Part shown: positions 1-8,103 of the stretch, piece by piece
Numbering within the stretch: position 1 is the stretch's first letter
How the letters are laid out: every line of letters begins with the position of its first letter
From: a virus
Taxonomy: Duplodnaviria; Caudoviricetes
Reading direction: 5' to 3' (one strand)
IMG/VR virus record: IMGVR_UViG_3300005764_000021
Span: 1 to 56,052 of that record
DNA length: 56,052 nt
Made by a program: the position numbers and the translations under genes
The notes under the pieces: model-generated
Seen by the model: the letters and a program-made list of their open reading frames with translations, nothing else
Database searches by the model: none
Told to the model about the DNA's origin: nothing

Positions 1-147
1 GCCGAGCGCTCGCGCAAGGGCAGCGTCAAGCTGCTCTGGAGCGTCATGCCCGGGCTCGGCGGTGCCGACATTCGCATCGACGCCGCCGAGGTCCCTTACC
101 ACATCCGCCGACAGGCCTATCGCTGGCTCGCAAAGGAGGCGACATGA
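1..147 (+). CDS. hypothetical protein, 5'-truncated
   Basis: Frame 1 is open from base 1 (AERSRKGSVKLLWS...KEAT) to TGA 145-147; ATGA overlap with the next gene and AAGGAGG upstream of it. Confidence 0.6.
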   Translation, partial: AERSRKGSVKLLWSVMPGLGGADIRIDAAEVPYHIRRQAYRWLAKEAT

Positions 148-332
148 AACTGGAACTCACCGCCGACGAGATCGAGCTGCTGCTCGAAGCACTCAACCGT
201 GCCGCCAGCCGACACGAAAGCTATTCGCGGTTCAATCCGCGCGCGGCGGGCCCGCACGATAAGAAGGCCGCCGCCATGCGCAAGCTGCGGCAACGCCTGA
301 ACCGAACACGGTTGTTAGAAGTGGGGGATTAA
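144..332 (+). CDS. small hypothetical phage protein (62 aa)
   Basis: AAGGAGG SD, ATGA coupling, part of a tightly packed + strand run. Confidence 0.7.
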   Translation: MKLELTADEIELLLEALNRAASRHESYSRFNPRAAGPHDKKAAAMRKLRQRLNRTRLLEVGD

Positions 333-334
333 AA

Positions 335-565
335 ATGGGCTACGCATTCTGCACGTCGAGCTGCTTCGGCTGCGGCCGAATCTTTTCCTACAATCCGATG
401 CGGGTGCCGTCGGTGCCCGCGAACATCAGCCCAACCGGCACGCGCGAGCCGATCTGCGAAGCGTGCGTCGAGCGCGTCAATCCGCTGCGCATCAAGAATG
501 GACTCGAGCCCATTGTGCCCGCGCCCGATGCCTACGAGGCCTGCGACGAGAGCGAGCTGCCATGA
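335..565 (+). CDS. small Cys-rich (CxxC...CxxC) hypothetical protein
   Basis: CFGC and CEAC motifs; follows the previous stop by 2 nt. Confidence 0.7.
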   Translation: MGYAFCTSSCFGCGRIFSYNPMRVPSVPANISPTGTREPICEACVERVNPLRIKNGLEPIVPAPDAYEACDESELP

Positions 566-741
566 ACAAACCGCTGTATCGCATCCATGCGTGGTGCCCA
601 CGCTGCGATAAGACCGCCGACGTGGTCGACGCGATCATCCCGAACCCGCACATCATCTGCCACTACTGTCTGCGCGACGACAATAAACTGGTCGAGATGA
701 AGATCATCGCGGCCTCGCAAATAGGACAGAAGGCCCCATGA
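562..741 (+). CDS. small zinc-ribbon-like protein (59 aa)
   Basis: Start moved to ATG 562 (ATGA overlap); CPRC and CHYC motifs. Confidence 0.65.
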   Translation: MNKPLYRIHAWCPRCDKTADVVDAIIPNPHIICHYCLRDDNKLVEMKIIAASQIGQKAP

Positions 742-986
742 CCGAGGACCGACACGAGTTCTCTGTTTGCGTGTTCTATCCCGGCGGCACGTATGAATAC
801 GTCAAGCGCTGGATCAAAGCCGAGGAAGCGGTGCGGACGTTCAGGGAATGGACCGAAAGCAATATGGCCAAGCGCGGACATCTCGCGCGCATCATTGTCA
901 CCGATGGCGGCGACTGCACCAATATGGAATGGAAGTTCGGCGAAGGCATTACCTATCCGACAGCAGAGATGTTGAGGAAAAAATGA
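738..986 (+). CDS. hypothetical phage protein (82 aa)
   Basis: ATGA overlaps at both ends; globular-looking sequence (RIIVTDGGDCTNMEWKFGEGITYP). Confidence 0.7.
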   Translation: MTEDRHEFSVCVFYPGGTYEYVKRWIKAEEAVRTFREWTESNMAKRGHLARIIVTDGGDCTNMEWKFGEGITYPTAEMLRKK

Positions 987-1204
987 TCTCGGTTCCAAGC
1001 GAGTGGGAGAGATGGGCCGCCGATGGCAATGGTCAGTTTGCCATTGCAATTGCGCTGCTCAAGATCGGACGTGCCATCGAGGTGACCGATATGACGGCCA
1101 CCAGCGAGGCAATCGTTGCCCTCGGCCACGATATCTGCCGCAAATTCACGGCGATCTCGGATGCACTCGATAGTGTTGCAAACGCCATCAGAGAACACGA
1201 ATGA
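983..1204 (+). CDS. hypothetical protein (73 aa)
   Basis: GAGG SD, ATG 983 overlapping the upstream stop. Confidence 0.6.
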   Translation: MISVPSEWERWAADGNGQFAIAIALLKIGRAIEVTDMTATSEAIVALGHDICRKFTAISDALDSVANAIREHE

Positions 1205-1410
1205 AACGCCAGGCCGTCATCGTCGGGCTGGAAGCGCTCGTTGCGCTCGCGCTCGCATTCGCCATCGTCGTTACCTGGCATGCTATCGCCGATGGCAAGA
1301 GCTTCGCAGGTTTTCGTCGCGTCTTTGCCTGCGAAGGGAGGAGTGTGGGGACCGTCGAATTGACACCCCGGGCGGTCCCCCGCTCCGAGTTGGGCGAAGG
1401 CCGGACATGA
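1201..1410 (+). CDS. small protein with N-terminal transmembrane segment
   Basis: Hydrophobic stretch VIVGLEALVALALAFAIVVTW; ATGA overlaps. Confidence 0.55.
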   Translation: MKRQAVIVGLEALVALALAFAIVVTWHAIADGKSFAGFRRVFACEGRSVGTVELTPRAVPRSELGEGRT

Positions 1411-1598
1411 GGGCAATGATCAAGGGCTCTTATGTCTTGACCGAGAGCCAGCGCTGGCGGGTCGCTCGTGCCTATGAGGCAGGCCGAAAGGTGCGCGACA
1501 TCGCCAGCGAGTTCGGTATCAGCATCAATGCCGTGAGTGCAATCGCCATCAACCGAGGCTTCCGCCGTCGGCATCGCAGGTCTGGGACCTATGAATAA
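1407..1598 (+). CDS. helix-turn-helix DNA-binding protein (63 aa)
   Basis: GRKVRDIASEFGISINAVSAIA fits an HTH pattern; start moved to ATG 1407. Confidence 0.7.
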   Translation: MRAMIKGSYVLTESQRWRVARAYEAGRKVRDIASEFGISINAVSAIAINRGFRRRHRRSGTYE

Positions 1599-1785
1599 CG
1601 AGCGCAAACATTTGAGCCAGCTCCTCATCGTGCCGTTCAAGAGCGGCTACACGCTGCATGATTTCGACGGCGTGCGTGTGAGCTTTCATCGCACGAAGAC
1701 CGGCGCGCTGCGGGCGCGGCGCAAACGATTAGAGGTGATTCATGACAGCACGAATGACAGGGCGGCAACTTCGCAAGCATATTGA
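1591..1785 (+). CDS. hypothetical protein (64 aa)
   Basis: ATG 1591 overlapping the upstream stop; fills the gap in the operon. Confidence 0.5.
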   Translation: MNNERKHLSQLLIVPFKSGYTLHDFDGVRVSFHRTKTGALRARRKRLEVIHDSTNDRAATSQAY

Positions 1786-1990
1786 TGCGCTCGGCCTAAG
1801 TCAGCCGCAGTTCGCCGCGCTGATCGGCATCGATTTCCGCACCGTCAATCGCTACGCGCGGGGCGCGCTGCCGATCCCCCGCCCGGTGGCGATCCTCACG
1901 GAATTGCTGGCAACGGTGCGGAAAGACCCTGGATTATGGGCCGAATTACAGAACAGTCTCAGCCACTTGGGCCCCATCCCGACCGCATAG
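1742..1990 (+). CDS. XRE/Cro-like helix-turn-helix regulator
   Basis: LGLSQPQFAALIGIDFRTVNRYARGALPIP is a typical XRE HTH; start may be ATG 1754. Confidence 0.8.
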   Translation: MTARMTGRQLRKHIDALGLSQPQFAALIGIDFRTVNRYARGALPIPRPVAILTELLATVRKDPGLWAELQNSLSHLGPIPTA

Positions 1991-2005
1991 CTGCTATGTG
2001 AGCAT

Positions 2006-2034
2006 CTTGTACACGTGTACGGAATGCCCATATA
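2006..2034 (+). promoter_or_regulatory. putative sigma70-type promoter with a palindromic operator
   Basis: CTTGTA-N17-CATATA resembles the alphaproteobacterial CTTGAC-N17-CTATAT consensus; perfect 12-bp palindrome GTACACGTGTAC (2009-2020) overlaps the -35 and spacer. Confidence 0.55.
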
Positions 2035-2035
2035 C

Positions 2036-2395
2036 GGGGGGTAGGAAGAACGACCGCTTCGGTCGCCTATCCCCGGGTCCCCTGAAAAGGATCGGCCCAA
2101 GACTTCAAGAACCTCCGTTGAGGTTCGAGTTCCCCGACGGGGCGGGGCGTCCGAGGCGGTCAAGCAACAGGCAGAGCGTCCGACGCCTCGAAATAGGACG
2201 CCTCCAGGCCCGGAGACAATCGGGCCCCTCGGCGAGGGCCGAGAACAGTGACGGCCACGCGACGACCGGTAGCATCTTGGTGGCCTGCAAATAACCGGTT
2301 CGGCCCTCACCCAGGTTTCACGAGCTGAGCAGGTCGCCTGAAGTGATGCGTGTGCGATCTGGGCGGAGTGCAGCGAGGCAAACTCACCTCCGCCA
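2036..2395 (+). ncRNA. putative structured RNA / long 5' leader
   Basis: No convincing ORF; consecutive stems: 2038-45/2066-73 enclosing 2051-55/2061-65; 2109-15/2120-26; 2146-58/2184-2202; 2207-12/2221-26; 2226-30/2234-38; 2362-68/2388-94; begins just after the putative -10. Confidence 0.5.
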
Positions 2396-2417
2396 AAATT
2401 TCGAAAGGGAAAGTGTC

Positions 2418-2642
2418 ATGAAGTTCGAAATTGGCAAGACCTACTGCACGCGTTCGATGTGCGACTACGACACCGTCTACCGTTACAAGATCGTCGCGCG
2501 CACCGCGAAGACCCTCACCATCGAGCAATACGGTGAGACCAGCAAGCGCGGCATCTACATGCGCGACAACGTCGAATGCTGCAAACCCAATGGGACCTAT
2601 TCCATGTGCCCGGTCATTCGGGCCGACCGCGAGGTGTACTGA
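2418..2642 (+). CDS. hypothetical phage protein (74 aa, MKFEIGKTY...)
   Basis: AAAGGGA SD, ATG 2418; small beta-rich sequence. Confidence 0.75.
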   Translation: MKFEIGKTYCTRSMCDYDTVYRYKIVARTAKTLTIEQYGETSKRGIYMRDNVECCKPNGTYSMCPVIRADREVY

Positions 2643-2643
2643 A

Positions 2644-2817
2644 ATGGGCAAGGCAGAGAAAGCTTTGAAGGTTCGCAACGAGCATCGTTGCGTCGAGTGT
2701 GGCGATAATCGCGTGATGCACAAGGGCGGTGGTTTTTTCGAATGCTTCATGTGTGGCGCGCGATGGCATGGATCACAAGAGAAGTATCGCGAGGAGTGTC
2801 ATGACCAAAAAGCGTAA
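2644..2817 (+). CDS. small zinc-ribbon protein (57 aa)
   Basis: CVEC...CFMC motifs; starts 1 nt after the previous stop. Confidence 0.6.
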   Translation: MGKAEKALKVRNEHRCVECGDNRVMHKGGGFFECFMCGARWHGSQEKYREECHDQKA

Positions 2818-2986
2818 GTCGCAAATCGTCGCCGAGCTGTCGCGCTTGTCGCGTGATGGTTGGGCCAACGCCAGGCCCGAGGATTATTTGCCGCTCGAAC
2901 GCGAGCTGGCTGTCCCGGACTTCCTGAAGATCACCACCGAACGCCGAAAGGAGGCGTGGAAGGAATACCGCAAGACACGTGGCTGA
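2801..2986 (+). CDS. hypothetical protein (61 aa)
   Basis: GAGGAG SD before ATG 2801. Confidence 0.65.
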   Translation: MTKKRKSQIVAELSRLSRDGWANARPEDYLPLERELAVPDFLKITTERRKEAWKEYRKTRG

Positions 2987-3075
2987 TTGCAGCCCATGCC
3001 CACCACGAGAAGGCCGCTACCTTTCTTTCGCGCTGGGCATGAACGGCAACCACCCGCAACATGAAAGGTTCGCAA

Positions 3076-3351
3076 ATGCCTACGATGGAAGAATTGATGG
3101 CTATCACCATGCAAGGTGAGCCCAACTATCACATGGCCGGTGAGCTTGGTACGCGCCAAGGACTCGAGGTTGCACTCGAAGCATTGGTGCGCCAGGCAAC
3201 CGAGACCGACACCGCGTCCCCGGAAGGTCACACTACCAGGTGCGCAATCGAAATGATCAAGGCCATGCTGCAACAACGCGGCATGGAGGTTTTCAAGAAC
3301 GGCGACGACGGTACGTTGCCGGACTTCTGCGACATCGTGATCTTTGGCTAG
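3076..3351 (+). CDS. hypothetical protein (91 aa)
   Basis: AAAGG SD before ATG 3076. Confidence 0.65.
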   Translation: MPTMEELMAITMQGEPNYHMAGELGTRQGLEVALEALVRQATETDTASPEGHTTRCAIEMIKAMLQQRGMEVFKNGDDGTLPDFCDIVIFG

Positions 3352-3362
3352 GAGGACCGATC

Positions 3363-3707
3363 ATGATCACCATCAAATTCAAACGCCCGCAAGCCGCCGG
3401 TGCTTTCATCAGCATGGCGGAGGGCATGTGGGAAAATGAGCGCGACGACGCCGGGCTCTTGGGAAGCGAAAAGCTTTCTCAGTTAACCGAACTGCTCGAC
3501 GTTCTCGGCAAGCCGACGCCTGACTTCGAACATGCGTGGCAATTGCCTGATCATCTGCGCGACATCGCGAAAGACGTCGCCGACAATTGTGCCGACAACG
3601 CGCACGACATGGGCCTCGATGACGAATCCGACCTGGACGAGAATCCCGAGGACGCCGAGATGGCGTGCTGCCCGTGGGAAGTGACAATCGAAGAGGTGAC
3701 GCCATGA
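3363..3707 (+). CDS. acidic hypothetical protein (114 aa)
   Basis: AGGAGG SD; very D/E-rich C-terminus (DDESDLDENPEDAE). Confidence 0.7.
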   Translation: MITIKFKRPQAAGAFISMAEGMWENERDDAGLLGSEKLSQLTELLDVLGKPTPDFEHAWQLPDHLRDIAKDVADNCADNAHDMGLDDESDLDENPEDAEMACCPWEVTIEEVTP

Positions 3708-4048
3708 GAGACGCTCTTAAGGCAGTCGCATTCGTGGTCGCGTTGATCGCGGTGCTTGCGGTTCTCTCGACCGGGATGAAGGCGCTAAGCGCAGCGCACG
3801 ATACGAATGCCATCAGCGGCATTTTCTCCTCGCTGATGTTCTGGGCGCTTCTCGCGCTCGGCTATTTCTTGCCGACGCTGGTCGCGCGCGGCCGATTGCA
3901 CCGCAACGCGCTCGCCATCGGGATGCTCAATCTATTCCTGGGCTGGACGTTCTTGGGCTGGGTCGTCGCCTTGGTGTGGGCGTGCACGGACAACATCGCG
4001 CCGCGACCAACAGCCGTGCAGCAATTTCTCGCAAACGCAAAGAGGTGA
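3704..4048 (+). CDS. imm: superinfection immunity protein (T4 Imm-like membrane protein)
   Basis: YFLPTLVARGRLHRNALAIGMLNLFLGWTFLGWVVALVWAC matches the Imm_superinfect signature; extra N-terminal TM segment. Confidence 0.85.
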   Translation: MRDALKAVAFVVALIAVLAVLSTGMKALSAAHDTNAISGIFSSLMFWALLALGYFLPTLVARGRLHRNALAIGMLNLFLGWTFLGWVVALVWACTDNIAPRPTAVQQFLANAKR

Positions 4049-4052
4049 TGTC

Positions 4053-4478
4053 ATGAACCATCGTTGTAAGACGCATCCCGATCACTTCTACACGAAGTGC
4101 GAATGCGGCTGCGAGTACTGCGCCGAATATTGGAAATCGTGTCCCCGTTGTTTCGAACGCGAGCATGGCTTCCACGCCTTTCGCGAGAATCTTCGAACCG
4201 CAGACGCCGACGAGCCGGATACGTTTTCCGACGAGCACACATGGCGACACAAGGAGGATGCGAAAATGAAAACCCACAATCTGACCGCCGCTCTTGAGGA
4301 GTTGGTTGACGCCAGCAGCGTCCACGCCGTGCTGCTCGATCTCGCATTCATCTGTCACGAGAAGGCCGACCACATCCGCGCCAATTACAACGCCCTCGGT
4401 GAAGACCGCGAGCTGATCAAGGCGTGGACGAAGGCAGGCAAAATCTGTGATGTCGCGCAAGCCAAAGTGGAGGTGTGA
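4053..4478 (+). CDS. hypothetical protein with Cys-rich N-terminus; possible internal start at 4266
   Basis: GAGGTG SD; CECGCEYC...CPRC; second SD (AAGGAGG) before in-frame ATG 4266. Confidence 0.6.
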   Translation: MNHRCKTHPDHFYTKCECGCEYCAEYWKSCPRCFEREHGFHAFRENLRTADADEPDTFSDEHTWRHKEDAKMKTHNLTAALEELVDASSVHAVLLDLAFICHEKADHIRANYNALGEDRELIKAWTKAGKICDVAQAKVEV

Positions 4479-4479
4479 C

Positions 4480-4695
4480 ATGGCCCGCAAGAAAAAAGTC
4501 CTCCCAGGTGAACGCCACGTCGACGATCTCATGCGCGAGATCGGCAAGGACACAGAGATCGGATGCAACGACGATGGCTCGTTCTTTGCGCCCGATGGCA
4601 CGCTTTGGTTCCCTGCTGAACGTCATGGCTGGTTCTTCCCAGTCGCGAAGCTCAGCGATGCTGATGTTAAGCGCGTCTTCAGGAGGAAGCAGTGA
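4480..4695 (+). CDS. hypothetical protein (71 aa)
   Basis: GGAGGT SD, ATG 4480. Confidence 0.65.
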   Translation: MARKKKVLPGERHVDDLMREIGKDTEIGCNDDGSFFAPDGTLWFPAERHGWFFPVAKLSDADVKRVFRRKQ

Positions 4696-4928
4696 TCACC
4701 AATATGACTGAAGCACTCGCCACCGCCCAGACACTCGGTTATCGCGCCTTTCATGCCGGTCTGTGGCCCGAGAACAATCCATTCCGCGATCAGCGGCTAC
4801 GCCAAGCTTGGCAAGCTGCTTGGAATGCCGAGAACCACAAGGAGATCGAGCGACTGCGGCAGAATGAACCCCGCACCGTCAACCTGATGGACGCCCTGCG
4901 TCGCAGCATCGAGGAGCACAACCAATGA
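4692..4928 (+). CDS. hypothetical protein (RMF/CrpP-like 'GYRAF...NPF...AWQAAW' motif)
   Basis: AGGAGG SD; GTGA overlap; motif resembles small phage RMF-like proteins. Confidence 0.6.
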   Translation: MITNMTEALATAQTLGYRAFHAGLWPENNPFRDQRLRQAWQAAWNAENHKEIERLRQNEPRTVNLMDALRRSIEEHNQ

Positions 4929-5389
4929 GCAAGCTTGTATTCGACGCCGCCGACGTTCGCCGCGTGGTCGAGCATTCGATTGGCTCACCGCGACAGGGGC
5001 GGCTATTCACCGGCTATGACGCCGAAAGCAACCCAACCTACAGCGAGGCCACCGCACCGAGTGTCATTCTCGTACACGATGATGGCATTTATCTCATGAG
5101 TAATGGCCAGCCGCGCGACATCGTCGCAGGTGGTGAAGACAAGCTGGGCGCGCGCTCGTTCGTCGCGCATGCGCAGGGCTGCAATCCAAAGAAAGACACA
5201 GATTGGTGGAACCGCGCGCGCGATCTCGTCGGCGGCGATGACTTCGGCGAGACGCTGCCGTGGGCCCGCGAGCTGCACACCATGATCGTGCGCGGCGCGA
5301 AGACCATCACCATCAAGATCACGCCCAAGGAAATCTCGATTGAAGTATGGGGCCTGGGAGCGCGAGCAGATCGTCTACAAAAGCGGTGA
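4925..5389 (+). CDS. DUF3085-like protein
   Basis: LVHDDGIYLMSNG...AQGCNP...W...GGDDFGE fits the DUF3085 pattern; GAGGAG SD. Confidence 0.8.
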   Translation: MSKLVFDAADVRRVVEHSIGSPRQGRLFTGYDAESNPTYSEATAPSVILVHDDGIYLMSNGQPRDIVAGGEDKLGARSFVAHAQGCNPKKDTDWWNRARDLVGGDDFGETLPWARELHTMIVRGAKTITIKITPKEISIEVWGLGARADRLQKR

Positions 5390-5422
5390 CCGCTGGTTTT
5401 TCGAACTTGGAGAGCAAAGCCA

Positions 5423-5707
5423 ATGAGGCGCAAATACGAAGTCACCGACCGCACCGGCAGGCTGCACACGCGCCAGACCGAGAGCCGCACCTATACCCAC
5501 GCGGTGATTATCCATTTCAAGGAGCAACTGCCGAGCAAGATGTGGCCGACGGGTTGGCCACCGTTCAGCCGCAGCGAATGGGCTGGCTCCCGGCAGCTCG
5601 CCGAGAATGTCATGCGGCGTTATCAGCGCTACGGCAGCGTCGAGGCCGTCGAGCTGCTCGACGCCAAAGAAATCACGCGGCCCATTAAAAGCGGGGACAA
5701 GTCATGA
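5423..5707 (+). CDS. hypothetical protein (94 aa)
   Basis: GGAG SD; RQTESRTYTHAVI motif. Confidence 0.7.
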   Translation: MRRKYEVTDRTGRLHTRQTESRTYTHAVIIHFKEQLPSKMWPTGWPPFSRSEWAGSRQLAENVMRRYQRYGSVEAVELLDAKEITRPIKSGDKS

Positions 5708-5955
5708 CCAGACCTTGCGTTGGCGACTGGATGAAGCTCGGCTGCGGCGACCGCGTGACCGAGATCGATGGCCGTCACGTCGGCCGCGTCGAGGCAATCC
5801 ATCACGGCGCGTTCGTCCAGGTTCGATGGGAGGATACCGGCTGGGTAAGCATGCTGCCGCTTGCCGAGGTCGTGCTGGTCGACCGAGCTGCGACCACCGG
5901 AGCATATTCCGCCCAGGTCGCGCGCAACCGCGCCCGAATCGGATTGAAGGACTAG
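5704..5955 (+). CDS. hypothetical protein, SH3/KOW-like
   Basis: GDRVTEIDGRHVGRVEAI...VQVRWEDTGW; ATGA overlap. Confidence 0.6.
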   Translation: MTRPCVGDWMKLGCGDRVTEIDGRHVGRVEAIHHGAFVQVRWEDTGWVSMLPLAEVVLVDRAATTGAYSAQVARNRARIGLKD

Positions 5956-5958
5956 ACT

Positions 5959-6051
5959 GTGAGATGGGACATTGCCGGAATGATCGCGGTCGGCATCGTG
6001 GTGGCCGGTTACATTGGCTATCTGCTGCACTTGGGACTGATCATCCGATGA
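5959..6051 (+). CDS. 30-aa single-TM peptide (below ORF-track cutoff)
   Basis: GTG...TGA encoding MRWDIAGMIAVGIVVAGYIGYLLHLGLIIR; exactly fills the gap and overlaps the next ATG. Confidence 0.45.
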   Translation: MRWDIAGMIAVGIVVAGYIGYLLHLGLIIR

Positions 6052-6776
6052 TCTTCTACACCGGTCTTCACAAGCCCTGGCAGGCGAAGCATTTCGCCCA
6101 TGCCTTCATCAGCGCGAACCGGATGCGGACGCGCCGCGTGCCGCTTGGCTGTCCTGATTGGATCATGGACTCAGGCGCGTTCACCGAGCTGCAGACGCAC
6201 GGTCGCTACCGCCAGGGCGTCGAGGCCTATGCCGAGCTGGTCAATCGCATCGCTGCCTTCGATCCCGGGCTCACCGCCGTGGTCGCGCAGGACTTCATGT
6301 GCGAGAGCTTGATCCTCGATAGAACCGGCCTGACCATCGGCGAACATCAACGTCTCACCATCGACCGCTACGACCAGCTCCTCGCGCTTTCGCGCGTCCA
6401 GATCATTCCGGTGCTGCAAGGTTTCCGCGTCGAGCACTATCTCCAGCACCTCGAAATCTACGGCGACCGTCTCGCGCCCGGGGCCTATGTCGGCGTCGGG
6501 ACGTTGTGCAAGCGCAACGGCGCACCGTACCAGGTCGAGGCAATTCTCACCGCGATCAAGATCAGGCGGCCGGACCTGCGCCTGCACGGCTTCGGGCTCA
6601 AGACCACGTCACTGCGCAGCGATCTGGTGCAGCGGTGCCTGCACAGCGCCGACAGCATGGCCTGGTCCTATGCCGCTCGCCGCGAGGGCCGCAACCGCAA
6701 CGATTGGCGCGAGGCGCTGGCCTTCAGCAACATGATCGAAATGATGCCAGTTCAACAATGGATGTTCCCCGAATGA
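6048..6776 (+). CDS. tRNA-guanine-transglycosylase-fold protein (DpdA-like deazaguanine DNA transglycosylase candidate)
   Basis: Start moved to ATG 6048; motifs IMDSGAF, QDFMCE, IPVLQG, VGVGTLC, LHGFG, SADSMAWS. Confidence 0.8.
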   Translation: MIFYTGLHKPWQAKHFAHAFISANRMRTRRVPLGCPDWIMDSGAFTELQTHGRYRQGVEAYAELVNRIAAFDPGLTAVVAQDFMCESLILDRTGLTIGEHQRLTIDRYDQLLALSRVQIIPVLQGFRVEHYLQHLEIYGDRLAPGAYVGVGTLCKRNGAPYQVEAILTAIKIRRPDLRLHGFGLKTTSLRSDLVQRCLHSADSMAWSYAARREGRNRNDWREALAFSNMIEMMPVQQWMFPE

Positions 6777-7243
6777 AAGACGACTGGTTTCAAGCAATCG
6801 CCGATTATCTGGCGATGATGCTGGCATTTCTTATCATCGCCTGGATCGGGCCCGCAGAGGCGCAGCAGGGACCGGGCCCGTACATCGGCCGCGATGGCCG
6901 CGCTCATCCGCAAGTCATTGTCTCGGCAAGCGGTGCAATTTTTCCAGTGATCCCCGTGCCCTGCTACGGCAGCATCTGCCCGCTGGTCCTGGCCGCGCCG
7001 TTGCCCTGGCGGCATCGTGCATTCATTCCGCCGATGGCAGCGCTACCTCCGCCTCCACCGCCACCGATTGCCGCGCCAGCGGCCACACCAAGGGCTCGCA
7101 CCGCAGGACCACCGCCGTCGATCAGCCCGGTCCCGGCGGCCCCGTCGGCCAGACCGGCCGGACGCGGGCTGCGTGCGAGCCCGCCGCCGAAGCCGGAAGG
7201 TGCACCGTTCACCCGCGACAAAGAGGACGCACTCGACCCATGA
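6773..7243 (+). CDS. proline-rich exported/membrane-anchored protein
   Basis: ATG 6773 overlap; hydrophobic/signal-like N-terminus (LAFLIIAWIGPAEA) then poly-Pro. Confidence 0.55.
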   Translation: MKDDWFQAIADYLAMMLAFLIIAWIGPAEAQQGPGPYIGRDGRAHPQVIVSASGAIFPVIPVPCYGSICPLVLAAPLPWRHRAFIPPMAALPPPPPPPIAAPAATPRARTAGPPPSISPVPAAPSARPAGRGLRASPPPKPEGAPFTRDKEDALDP

Positions 7244-7262
7244 AACTCAATGGATAAAAAAT

Positions 7263-7349
7263 CCCTGCCTTGCCTCGCCGTGCCAGGCCCCACCCCGCCA
7301 AGCCCCGCCGTACCCCGCCGGGCCGCACCCCGCCTTGCCACGCCTTGCC
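7263..7349. repeat. CCNNR pentamer array 1 (17 units)
   Basis: CCCTG CCTTG CCTCG CCGTG CCAGG CCCCA CCCCG CCAAG CCCCG CCGTA CCCCG CCGGG CCGCA CCCCG CCTTG CCACG CCTTG CC; intergenic. Confidence 0.95.
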
Positions 7350-7366
7350 TGATTAACTGAAAAGGA

Positions 7367-7741
7367 ATGCCGATGACAAGCCACCGCAACAATCCGCTCT
7401 ACCAGGACCTCGCCCGGCATTTCCGCAATCGCCTGATCTGGCTCGTCGACGACGTTTTCGACACTTGCAAGCGAGTCGACATCGATAAAGATTCAGCGCT
7501 CGTCTTGGTCATGCGCGCAGTGATCAATCTCGCGACTGCCACCGCAATCAAGTGGGGAGCATCACGCGAAGACTGGCTCGATCTTTGTGATCAGTATTAT
7601 CGGGAGATGAGCAACCGGGAGAGAAGCAAAAATGAACGAAGACGAAAAGCCTCCACAGGATCCGCCGCCCGCGAAGAAGATGCCGAGCGGGCCCAAGCCG
7701 GAAGTCAATCATCACAATGGTCGTTCAAGAACCTGGGATGA
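7367..7741 (+). CDS. hypothetical protein
   Basis: AAAGGA SD; helical globular sequence; start may be 7373. Confidence 0.55.
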   Translation: MPMTSHRNNPLYQDLARHFRNRLIWLVDDVFDTCKRVDIDKDSALVLVMRAVINLATATAIKWGASREDWLDLCDQYYREMSNRERSKNERRRKASTGSAAREEDAERAQAGSQSSQWSFKNLG

Positions 7742-7823
7742 TCCGGTCGCGGGCAAAATCTCCGACGACCCGCTGCTCGACAAGCTGCTGAGAGAGCATC
7801 CCGAGCGCGATCCTAAAAAGTAA
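7632..7823 (+). CDS. hypothetical protein (63 aa)
   Basis: GGAG upstream; DDPLLDKLLREHPE C-terminus. Confidence 0.5.
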   Translation: MNEDEKPPQDPPPAKKMPSGPKPEVNHHNGRSRTWDDPVAGKISDDPLLDKLLREHPERDPKK

Positions 7824-8103
7824 GTTCGCAAAAAAAGTTTGCCCAGCAAACGCGCGTCATTTCACGGTGCGTTCTCGCATCGGCGCGCGAGTTGTCCGCG
7901 TCGCGCCTGAGTCAAGTTTCCGAAAATGCCAACTCGAGCCCGCATGCCATGCGGGTTTCTTGCACGCGACTCATGCTGAGTCGGAAAATCCAGAAAGTCG
8001 ATTTGCTACACTCGCTGCCGTTGCGTAGGAGGGACACGGCAACAAGAGGGCCCGACCGGCAAAAGCAAGCCGGGCCAAGTTCTTCCCAGGAGTGTCCTAG
8101 GAG

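Noticed and set aside
2360-2417. c-di-GMP-I riboswitch (GGCAAAC...GAAA)
   Set aside because: The downstream GACGCAAA element and second stem are absent
5607-6047. N-terminal extension of the 389-aa ORF
   Set aside because: Overlaps better-supported genes; the recognisable domain begins at ATG 6048
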